From Vicugna vicugna (taxonomy: Eukaryota), in assembly GCA_013265495.1 (NCBI GenBank), contig MU058103.1:876870-940869 (forward strand): a stretch of 64,000 nt of DNA, read 5' to 3'. Under the pieces are notes generated by a model. It ran no database searches and had not been told where the DNA came from. It saw nothing but the letters and a program-made list of their open reading frames with translations. Both the position numbers and the translations under genes were made by a program. Of this stretch, positions 53,814-64,000 are shown in pieces (the first letter of the stretch is position 1; every line of letters begins with the position of its first letter).

Positions 53814-54979
53814 TGATAGTGAGTGGAACAGCATCCCCCAAAATGTGTATAAAACTGGAACCTCATAATGGGGCCTTATTTGGAAATAGGATCTTTGCAG
53901 ATGCAATTCATTAAGATGAGGTCATTTTGGATTCGAATGAGCCCTAAATCTAATGACTGTTGTCTTTAGTATTAGAGGAGAGGACCTATAGCGACTCACT
54001 CACGCATAGGGATAACGATCATGTGAACATGGAGAGAGAGAGACGGGAGTGGACTAGCTACAAAACACAGAGTGTGAATAATTGGTGGGAGCACCCAGAG
54101 ACTAGAAAGAGGCAAGAAAGAATTCTTCTTGAGAACTTTCAGGGGGAGCGTGGCCCTGAATCTTTTTTTTCTAATTAGATTACAGTCGGTTACAGTGTAG
54201 TGTCAATTTCTGGTGTACAGCATAATGTTTCAGTCATACACGAGCACACGTATATTCATTTTCATATCCTTTTTCACTATAGGTTACTACAAGATATTGA
54301 ATATAGTTGCCTCTGCTATACAGTAGAAACTTGTTTTTTTATTTTATATACATATTAATTAGTATCTGTAAATCACAAACCCTTAATTTATCCCTTCCCA
54401 ATCCCTTTCCCCCTAGTAACTATAAGTTTGTTTTCTATGTCTCTGAGTTTGTTTCTGTTTTGTGAATAAGTTTATTTGTGTCATTTTTTTTTATATTTCA
54501 CATATGACTGATATCCTATTGTATTTTTCCTTCTCTTTCTGGCCTACCTTGTTTTAGCATGCTGATCTCCAGGTCCATCCATGTTGCTGCAAATGGCATT
54601 ATTTCATTCTATTTTTGTCTGAGTAATATTCCTTTGTATAAATACAACGTCTTTATCTAGTCATCTATCAATGGACATTTAGGTTGTTTCCATATCTTGG
54701 CTACTGTGTATAGTGCTGCTGCGAATATTGGAGTGCATATGTCTTTTCAAATTAGAGTTTCCTCTGAATGTATGCCCTGGAGTGGGATTGCTGGATCATA
54801 GGATAAGTCTATTTTTAGTTTTTTGAGGAATCTCCGTACTATTTTCTATAACAGCTGCCCCATGAACATCTTCATTTCAGACTTCTATCCTCCAGAACAG
54901 TGAGAGAATGAATGTCTGTTGTTTTAAGCAACCCAGTTTGTGGCATTTTGTTATGGAAGTCCTGGGGAGCTAATGGACA
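53814..54979 (+). mobile_element. MaLR solo LTR (MLT1B/C-like) interrupted by an L1
   Basis: 'ccttatttggaaataggatctttgcagatg...gagggagcgtggccctg'-like 5' part, then 'atttcagacttctatcctccagaacagtgagagaat...tgttgttttaagcaacccagtttgtgg'. Confidence 0.88.
54163..54857 (-). mobile_element. 5'-truncated L1 3' end nested in the MLT1 LTR
   Basis: T-tract then 'tttctggtgtacagcataatgtttcagtcatac...ataggttactacaagatattgaatatagtt...gagtgggattgctggatcata'. Confidence 0.92.
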
Positions 54980-55139
54980 TGGAGACCTAGAAAGAAGCAA
55001 AGCAGCAATGGCCTCTCCCAGGAATTCAGGAAGTGTACGTTCCTCAGGAGGAATGTTGGGGGAAGGAATGGGTGTGGGAGGAGCAGATAAGGAAGTGGTT
55101 TGTAGCGAGGGTGCTCAAGGAGAGAAACTGTGTGTAACC

Positions 55140-55315
55140 GGTGACTAATATTCCAAGCTGTGTATCTGTAAGTTTACATGTGTTTTCTCTCTTGATTCTC
55201 ACCACAGTCCTATAATATAAGTTTGACATCATTTTTTAAATTGAGGCTTAGATAGACTAGATGTCTGGCTCAAAGTCACAAAATAATACATGACAAAATC
55301 AGGAACCAAATTCAT
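55140..55315 (-). mobile_element. MIR SINE
   Basis: 'aaattgaggcttagatagactagatgtctggctcaaagtcaca'. Confidence 0.6.
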
Positions 55316-56177
55316 TCTTCCTGATTCCTAGACAGTTGGTACTTAAGCCTGTATTTAAATAGCCCTCCAAGAATACAGTAAATATTGCTTTCCTTGAGAC
55401 CTTTAAAACTAGTCAAGACACAGCCATAAGGAGCTCTGGAAACAGTCCTCTCTGGGCAGAGAGATGAAATTGGATATCCTAATGGGTCTTCTCCAAGTCT
55501 GATTACTCTCACTCTGTGTAAGGAGCCGACTAAATGCAAGTTCATTATTCTAAGTGAACTGCAAAACAAGATTGATTGACGTTTTGGAGGTATTCAACAT
55601 TTATAGGCAGGAAATTTAGGAGACTTTAAACACATTCGAAAAAGCTTTTCTTAAGATAGCGTGTATTTTTTTTTTATATATACAGTGAAATACTCTGCAA
55701 AAAAAAAGAAAAAAAGCAGATGCTTTCTAAAATTGCTTACTGGTCCTCTTCCCAAGCTGATGACCTTGGTGTACTCAGGACCTTGTAGACAGGGTGCAGC
55801 CTTCCTCGCCTGAAAAGGGAAGGAATACTGTGCTTCTAACCTCAGTTCCTCTATGTTCACACACAAATTCTGCCTTATTCTCTTGCCTCTCTAATGTACC
55901 AATTCTGACCTCTACCCACATTAGATAGTAAGAATATTATAAATTATGATTATAGTTGAAAGTGTCTTCCTGTATCTTGTCGCCGATGTACACTACAGCA
56001 GGTAGTACTTGTGTTTCAAAAAAGTGAGAGCATCTGACAATGAAAGTGACATTGCATAAAAGCACAGGTGATGTGGGTCAGGGTTGAATTCATAGCTTGG
56101 TAATATTACTTCAGTCATTTAAAAAATTGTCCCTCCATTTTGAGCAGTTTAATGTTCACATTGACTGTTTCTGTGCT

Positions 56178-56294
56178 AAGAAAAAAGAAAGAGAGAAAGA
56201 AAGGAAGAAAGAAAGGAAGGAAGGAAGGAAGGAAGAAAGGAAGAAAGGAAGAAAGGAAGAAAGGAAGAAAGGAAGGAAGGAAGGAAGGAAGGAA

Positions 56295-56328
<34 letters not shown>

Positions 56329-56338
56329 GAGAAAGAAA
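56178..56338. repeat. ~160-bp pure polypurine compound repeat (GAAA/GGAA/GAAAGGAA)
   Basis: Seen directly. Confidence 0.97.
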
Positions 56339-56567
56339 CAGAACAACAACAAAATAAACTTAGTAAAATTTTGAGGGCTGCAAATTGTGTAACCTCCTTG
56401 GTACCCTAAGCATGTTGGTCTCCTATAAAAGGAAACACATCCCAAGAAGAAGAGATTCTTTTAAGACTCATCTCCCTAAAGGAGAGGTAGATCCCTCACC
56501 TGTTCATTCAGGATAATGATGTTTTACAAAAATAAATTTTGTTCACTTTGATTAAATAACTCTTCTT

Positions 56568-56647
56568 GGAGAGCAGGTATAGCTCAGTGGTAGAGTGCAT
56601 GCCTAGCATGCACAAGGTCCTGGGTTCAGCCCCCAGTACCTCCATTA

Positions 56648-56688
<41 letters not shown>

Positions 56689-56761
56689 CGACAACCACCA
56701 CCACCACCACCACCTAATTACCCCCATTGAAAAAATAAATATAAATAAACAAATTTTTTAA
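56568..56761 (+). mobile_element. Camelid Vic-1-type SINE with (AAT)n+(CAC)n middle
   Basis: 'gtatagctcagtggtagagtgcatgcctagcatgcacaaggtcctgggttcagcccccagtacctcca' then 'cctaattaccccc'; degenerate TSD attaaataactcttctt / attaaaaaaactctcttt. Confidence 0.92.
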
Positions 56762-57059
56762 ATTAAAAAAACTCTCTTTAACCAATATAATGAATTTCTA
56801 ATTAATACCTGAAGTCCAATTTCTTCTTTGGATTTTTTTAAGTCAATAAAATAACTAATTATAAAGTTGACATCCTTTCCCACCTCTCATCTGGATTTTA
56901 AAAGAAATCTGAAATTAATATGTAGGTGTACTTCAAGTGTGCTTTGAACACTTACTGCTGACCCTACCCACCAGAACACGGAGCCCTTATCTAGGAGCGA
57001 GTGAGACACTTTCTGTGCTGACTCAACCAATTTTCTTAAGACCAGGGAAGATCAAGCCA

Positions 57060-57890
57060 TTATCCCTGGAACCATCTTACTTTTCTCTCACTTGCCTTCT
57101 AACACCAAATCATTCAGTCTCAGCTTTTCTATTGCATGGATACGAGATTTTGACCACTGGACATGTCAGATATGCTAGTTCTGTCCACCTCCTCTGTGCC
57201 CACCTCATTCAGGGCAGTATCTCTCACGTGGACTGCTGAGACTTGTCTCTAAACCTAGCTGGTCATTTGTCCTCCACAGTCAGGAAAGCCTCTCTAAAAC
57301 TCAAAAATAATTGCATCACTCAGTTGGCTAAAGCCCTTCCATAGTTGCCAAGTGCTCTCAGGATAAAGTCCGTGCTCCCTAACATGACGTGCAGGTCCCA
57401 TGACAAGCTGGCCCAAGTCCTACCTGCCTAGTTTCTGTCCTCCCTGAACTGTCTCTGCCAACCCCCACATGTATCCCCTTCCACCTATTGCTCTAGCAAT
57501 AGTGAACTATTTTCAATTCAAAGAAGACTGTGGCCTCTCGCATCTCTAGACTTTTGTATATACTGCCTGAAATATTTCTTCAGCTGTAATATCTCTACCC
57601 TTTCTCCATGTTTTAGCAAAGAGGCCATTTCCTCGATGCTGCATCCTCTGAGTGCTGACCCCAGCCATGACCCCTGCTACATCATGAAGCATTAGCTCGC
57701 TGTCCTCCTATGCTATCCCACACTATCTTAATCACTCACAGTGACCAGTTCTTATCACAATTGTGGACTGGGCTGTTTCATAATCTAAATTCTAGAGACA
57801 TGTCTTGCTGTTATATTCATTGTAGCATCAAGGTACTCAATTGATATTTCACATATATATGTGTGAATGAATGAGTGGATAAATAGATAT
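57060..57890 (+). mobile_element. L2 3' region
   Basis: 'ctctcacgtggactgctg...ctctcaggataaagtcc...ctccctaacatg...ggtactcaattgatattt...gaatgaatgagtggat'. Confidence 0.8.
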
Positions 57891-58689
57891 GTAGCATATT
57901 TCAGGCACAAACTGTTTGACATTTGAAACTTACAATAAAAGACATCCACCTTAATATGAATGTAATTCTGTACTCAGGACAGAAAAATGTCCCCATACAC
58001 TATGCTCTTTTAACTCAGTCTCCCTAACTATTCTTCATTGGTTCTTCCTACACAATTTCACCCACCCACCCTAATACCACTTTTTCAGCCTCTGTACAAT
58101 TATGAAAAAAAAATTCCTCTGAAGCTGGGGCGCTGTGTGTGAATAGATGAGGCAGTTGTTACATGGATGCAATGAGATTCACTGAGAGGAGCTATTTGCT
58201 CGCCCAGAGTCAAGATGCTGCCAGAGTTTGACAGATACGGTCAAAGGAGTACCTGGCACTTAAAAAGGTCAGAGAAGTTAGGCATGGCCGAATTCTTCAT
58301 GGATGGCTGAGGCTGTCAGCGCTGTTTGAAATAATCCATTCTAAAGGTGTGGGAGGTGAGTTTGCCTGCATCAGCCCCAGGGAGTTCTGTGTTTCTAATG
58401 ACTTGTGTGGCACTCCCTGCTTCTGCTTGCCCCACACATCTCTGTGTGAAGACACCCACATTGTCACTCAGTGCCCCACCTAGACATTTCCAGGAATCGC
58501 ATGGGACAAGCCTAGCTTACAAAACCTCAACTTCTTAATGTAAGGACAGGTCATGAGACAAGAAGTCTGCCAGGGTTGAAAATCTTGTTTCTACACACTT
58601 TCTTTTCAAATGGAGGAAGGGAGACTGACCACCAAAGAAGCTATGATTGATTTGGCTGGGAATATAACATGGAGGAGAAAACTCTTTGC

Positions 58690-59060
58690 ATCATTTCATT
58701 AATTCATTCAGCATGCATGTACTGAGTGCCTGCTCTATCCCAGACGCTGCACTAGATACGCGGATTATGTTAAAGTATGTCACAGACCCCTTGAGGATCT
58801 TACAGTCTAGGTGGGGATGAGGGAGGCAAGCAAGTGATGGAAAACTAGCTATTAAACAGCATAATGAATGATTGCAGTTATTGGACCTCGTTTATTCATT
58901 TAGTCAATAAGCGCTTCCTCAGCATCGACTATGGGTAGGGCTCTGTGTCGGGCAGTGGTATGTAAAGGTAGTAAATAAAACCTTTGTGCCCTCCAAAGAC
59001 TTTCAACTTGCAGTTAAAAAAATAAGACAGACAGTAAGATAATGATATTATAAAGAGAAG
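58690..59060 (-). mobile_element. Two L2 3' end fragments
   Basis: 'ttcattcagcatgcatgtactgagtgcctgctctatcccagacgctgcactaga...cttacagtctagg' and a second 'ttattcatttagtcaataagcgcttcctcagcatcgactatg'. Confidence 0.75.
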
Positions 59061-59435
59061 TACACTATGAAGGGAGGAATTCTAGAATGTTCATTACTAG
59101 TCCATCTTATCTCTGGAATAATAATTTCTTTATACGCATTAAAATAATTTGATGACTCTCCTCCTTGGAAGATCATGTTTTGCTCATACCACTGACTCAA
59201 GGCAAAGGGAAAAGGGAAGAGGTAAAACTACGGACTGGATTTCAGAAGGACTGGATGCTCCATTTGTTTCCTAAATACCTGTGTGGCTTTGGAAACAACT
59301 TCCAGGGAGTGCACTTCAGTGTCTTTGGGGTGAGCATTCAGAGGCAGAATGTCATTTCCTGGAGGGAATTGATAAGAATAAGCCAAGCTCTCTGCCTTGT
59401 CAGAACTATGTTATGAATACAGTGTTGCCCATCCC

Positions 59436-59588
59436 AGTGGATCTGAAACCCAGCTGCAGATCTGTATCACAAGGGAGCTACTGAGGACACCCCAGGAATA
59501 CTGGTTCGGTGTCAGTGGTGAGACCAGGAATCTGTGTGGAATACAGTTCCCAGGTCATTCTGATGCCCTGCTTGTTAGGAATCACCAA
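59436..59588. mobile_element. MER5A-like MITE
   Basis: 'cagtggatctgaaacccagctgca...ccaggaatctg...gttcccaggtcattctgatg...taggaatcacc'. Confidence 0.65.
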
Positions 59589-59589
59589 A

Positions 59590-60045
59590 CTGAGTTTGAA
59601 CACCAAACTCTGGCATGGCACTAAAGACCCTTCCCGATCTGGCCCCAGCCTGTCTCCCAAGAGACATCCGTTGCTATGGCCATGCTGTCATCCCATCCCA
59701 GTACTCGTAAACAGCCTGTGATCCAGGCTCACCTTTGTTTCCCACTGCTTTTACACCTGCTGTATTGATGCCATTCTCCTTTGGAGACGCATCAAACTAT
59801 GGCTCCTCCTTTCAAGGTACAACCCAAGTTTCTCTTGCCTGTGAAGCCATTCCTGACTTTCTGAGCCAGCCTTTGCTGCCTCCTTCTCTATACTTCCAGA
59901 AAGCACACTCTATTTAAACCTGGATTGTAAACACATTATTTCTCCCAACTGGATCACAAGCACCATGGCTATTTCCATTTATCTTTGTAATCATTAGGCA
60001 TTTTGCCTAATGATTATTCTGGCAATACAGTAGATAATCAATAAC
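59590..60045 (+). mobile_element. L2 3' region
   Basis: 'ccaaactctggcatggcactaaagacccttcccgatctggccccagcc...ctcctttcaaggtacaaccc...tagataatcaataact'. Confidence 0.7.
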
Positions 60046-60766
60046 TGATTACCAGGTGAAAAATTAGAACTTAGGAACAGGTGAGCAGTTATCAAAATCA
60101 GTGCCTAACATCATAGTATAAATTTGGTCATAGGACTGATTTAGTAGCAATCTTGGGGAAACTGAGGAGTTGGATAATTTATTCAGGCAAGAAAGAACCA
60201 GTTATAAACTGATTCTTTAAAAATATGGGTCAAAAGATTTAATCAAAAGTTGAATCTGGTGTTGAGCTATCCTAACGCAACTAATGCTTTGCAAACATAA
60301 TCTATTCTGTGTAGGACTGTAGATTCTGAGGTAGTCTAGGTGCACAGTAAAATGGCCCTAGAATGTGGAAAAAAGAACAGGAAGATACCCAGGTCATTAA
60401 ATGAAAAATGTGCAATCTGTTTGTGTATGTTTCCTAAGTTCTTACTGAATATTTTTCCTCACCTCCTTTCTCAACAAGGTTTGGGTTGTACCTTTCCCCT
60501 CCATATAGTGTCCCCTAACACTGGGATGAATATAAAATTGCTAATAGCTCTTTGCTATAGGAATCTTATATCCAGGTAATTGTGGACTCATGGCAAAGAA
60601 CAAATATTAGCTTTATATAGTTATTATCTTTTTTCTTTTGTTTAGTATTTCATATAACAAGGTTAGACGAAAATGCATTATTGTATGGAGTGGACTAATT
60701 CAGCCAATAAGGGTTTTAGTGACAGGCCAAATCTTTGGTATAACTATTCCCAGAATCATAAAATCT

Positions 60767-60797
<31 letters not shown>

Positions 60798-60801
60798 TTT
60801 T
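60767..60801. repeat. (CT)n + poly(T)
   Basis: Seen directly. Confidence 0.95.
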
Positions 60802-62959
60802 GCTCAACATATATACTTAATTAGCACAACCACTCTAAGTGTGCACAATCATATGGGTATATGGAAGACAAAAGGACTATCTGGGAGGCAGGGGGTCTAA
60901 GAATCTATTCTTAAGCCACCACCAAGTCCTTATACACAGTTAAGCTCTCTGGTTACATACTGATAGTGTATAGTATTGACTGGCTCTTTTTTCTCTTATT
61001 ATCACTCTAGGTGCCCATTTGTTCCAGAATAAATGCATCACCCATTTAGAATTCTTTCTCTTCTCATCTAGCACAAGTTATTATATCTGTAAGCCCATGT
61101 GGGAAGATACATTCCATTTCACAGCTAGTTATGACCAAATTATGATTCAAGCTCTGTGTTGAAAATTTTAAGAAGTAGGCTCAGAGGGAGAGTCACCATT
61201 GATCAGCATTGTATTTTCTGTGTTCAAGAGGTGGGGAATGGTGGTTCATGTTTACATAGTCGCTATCCATGACACAAACCAACCTGTAACACTCTTTACA
61301 GATATATTTGCCTTAGAGTGTAAGCCCTTGTTACTGGACATCATGAAATTCAGTTTTGGAGCCAGAATTGTAGACTGAGAACATCCAATTTATTCTTTCA
61401 CTAGTTGCTCTTGGACTCAAAAGGATACCAAAAAAATCATTCATTCAATCAAGCCTTTGATGTGGGCATAAATGGGAAATGCAATTTTATAAAATCTTAA
61501 AAATCAGGTAGCATAGGAAGAAACGTATCACATTTCAAAATGCAATAAGAAGATAATGGGAATTCAAGGGAGTTCTAAAAGAAAAGAATGAGGCAAAAGA
61601 GAATTTTTTTACAATAAAAGCATAAATTGAAAGTTTTGCTATCTGAACTGTACCATCTTCCACTGAAAGGGATTAAATAAGCACAGAATCCTGATGCAGT
61701 AAGGTGACAGTTTTTATGAGCATAGTTAAAAAAATTATGTTGTTGTTTCCTAATTATTTTTAAAGACTATTATCAGTGAACAGTAGTGATTCTTTATTCT
61801 CGCAGAGCAATAGGAAATATAATTAGGATTAATGTAGGTAGTGAATGAATTAACTTCCAAAATAAAAACACCACCAATAAGCATGCATTGGTTACACATG
61901 GTGGAATTCAACATTTGATAGAACATATGTAGATATATTATTTTTGGTATTTTACTAGTAGTCCTGCAAATAAATATTAGAAGTTCACCCATTTTGCAGA
62001 TGAGTAAAAAGAAGTAGATTTTTAAATGTTCTAAGAGGGATCAGCCAACATAGGAGGGAAGACTTGACCCAGAAGTTTTGATTCTGGCACTGTCTATTTC
62101 ACATTGTTTTTCAGAATGTTTTATCCAGGAACTTATCGCAGGAAGTAGATTTCCTTAGCATAACATCCTGGAAAATCCACTGTAAATCATCTTTGGATAT
62201 AAGATAAAATTGAAGGGTACTATTTGTTTTCAATGATTGAAATAGTCAAATTGAAGCTAGATAAAGCTTTTATTAATGTCTCTTGTTAATGCGTAATAAG
62301 TGAAGGCAAGTAGAAATACACAATTTGATTCAAACACCATTTTTTCCATACTTTTATCTTACAAATAATGTGCTCTCTAAAACCATTTCCTGAAGGCTTC
62401 TCTGTCTCCTATGCTCAGAGACATATGCCCCAGACACAGGGCCAGGTAACTTCTCTTTTATTTTAAAACCCTTCCTGTGTCTTGAACCAGTCTTATCCTT
62501 AGTGAGGAAATTACCATAGCCATAGTTGAGCAATCCTGGTAATAGCGCATCAAGTCATCCTTTCAGAGGGGAAACGGCATGTACGGTAGAACCTAATAAA
62601 CTTGGATTTAAAGACTGACTTGGCACTTAGAAACTGTGTGACCTTGGACAAATTATTTTTTAACTAATCCAATGCATTCCTCTAAATGTAACTCAAATGT
62701 CAAGTTAGGACATCACGCATAAGGTACTGAATAACATCGTCTTCTCTAGGTCTTTGCACCATGATTTTCAAACAAAATGACCATCCAATTTTGTTGTTGC
62801 ATAGTTACTCTTAGATAGTCTGCTTTAGTATTCCTCAGTAACTCCCAGCTGGGGATCTAAACAAGCCTCAACAGAATTCCAAAGCAGAATTCTCTAGAAC
62901 GTCTGTATGGAATCTGTGCCCCAGATGCGTTCTGCCCAGGACCCTGCCAACCTGCTGCC

Positions 62960-63200
62960 TGTGTGTCTTCAGATCGTATTTGGGGCTTGAGGCAGGAAAG
63001 AGATGAGCATTAACTTCCTTTGGAGGAACGCTTATGTCGTGGGAGGATGCTGAGCATGGGGGAGAGTGGCCTGAAAGAGGTTAGCTGAGGAGTCAGCTCA
63101 TACAGGTGATCATGGAAAGGAGTTTAGATTTCACTGTGAGCACACAAGAGCCTGGGAAGCCAGGGTGGGTGCTGACATGAGAGACAAAATTTGTTGAAAT
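62960..63200 (-). mobile_element. L2 fragment
   Basis: 'ttgaggcaggaaagag...catggaaaggagtttagatttcactgtgag...gggaagcc'. Confidence 0.6.
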
Positions 63201-64000
63201 TGTTTCTTTGCCCCTTGTGGTTATGTGATTTGAGTCAGTTCATGTAAATGCTTCAAGCCTGTGTTTCCACATTTTGCTAGGGAGGTGCTGACACCCCAGC
63301 AACTTTGCCAACAGGATGACTGCAAGTGTTCCCTCAGCGAATATGCATGCCTTTGCAGCTTATAACGTCATATAAGCAAAATGTCATAATGGCCATAGCC
63401 ATCTCCTGGGGAAGGGTTACATACTTGAAAGTAGAGGTGGAAAGTGGACTTCTTGTTGATTTATCTTCGTTTCACTTTCTTTTATATCACACAAAGTTTG
63501 GGAGAATAGATTCCTGCCATTTTGACATTCCTTAGCCATGGCTGGAGGTGAAGCAGAGGGCAGACCCAACCAGAGCACATAAATGATGAGGGCTGGCCCT
63601 GGATGCAGGACCCAGGGGACTTTGTAACACATCAAAATGATCATTTCTCTGAACCTACTGAAAGAATAGGAGTTTCCTTTTTGCTGCCACCGCTTAGAGA
63701 TAAGACAGAGGAGCATTTTCTTCAACAATACCTGTAACTTTCTCTCCAATCTTTTATTCATTCATTCACATGTGCCTTCCTTCCACAAACTTTACTGAGC
63801 ACCTGCCTGATGTTTTAAACCCTCTCACTTCTCATCCGTAAAAGGAAGGCAATATTTATATATGCATGTAAGCATAGTCTAGGAGTTATACTAATAATTA
63901 ACATGTATTATCTTGTTTAATTTTTCTGGTCCTCTGATGTAGGCAGTCATTATAATTATGACACTTTTACATAAAGATCATAGACCAGCCTAGATCATAC

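Noticed and set aside
56097..56445. K/E/R-rich and F/L/S-rich ORFs
   Set aside because: Artefacts of the stop-free polypurine repeat.
1..64000. CRISPR array, operon, or other novel multi-gene system
   Set aside because: No regularly spaced repeats, long ORFs or gene clusters; the window is explained by mammalian repeats and non-coding DNA.

Overview
AT-rich, CpG-depleted mammalian non-coding DNA (a large intron or intergenic region). It is very likely camelid (camel/alpaca), inferred from three copies of a tRNA-Ala(AGC)-derived Vic-1-type SINE. I recognise no protein-coding exon, true tRNA/rRNA gene, CpG island or prokaryotic-type system; the supplied ORFs are chance ORFs, L1 remnants or simple-repeat translations. 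Much of the window is old transposable-element debris: MIR, L2, L1M, MaLR/ERVL LTRs, MER5/MER20 and an RTE-like fossil. Repeat families were assigned by eye from remembered consensus sequences, so subfamily names and boundaries are approximate. The most notable observations are: (1) a 109-bp ungapped copy of unique sequence at 41157-41265 inserted into an L2 fossil 12.8 kb away; (2) a ~0.9-kb L1 made only of a 5' UTR and a 3' end, flanked by a TSD; (3) a degenerate RTE-clade ORF C-terminus; (4) several exon-like minus-strand segments at 14-19 kb; (5) different microsatellites arising at the same site in each SINE copy. I found no convincing novel biological system.
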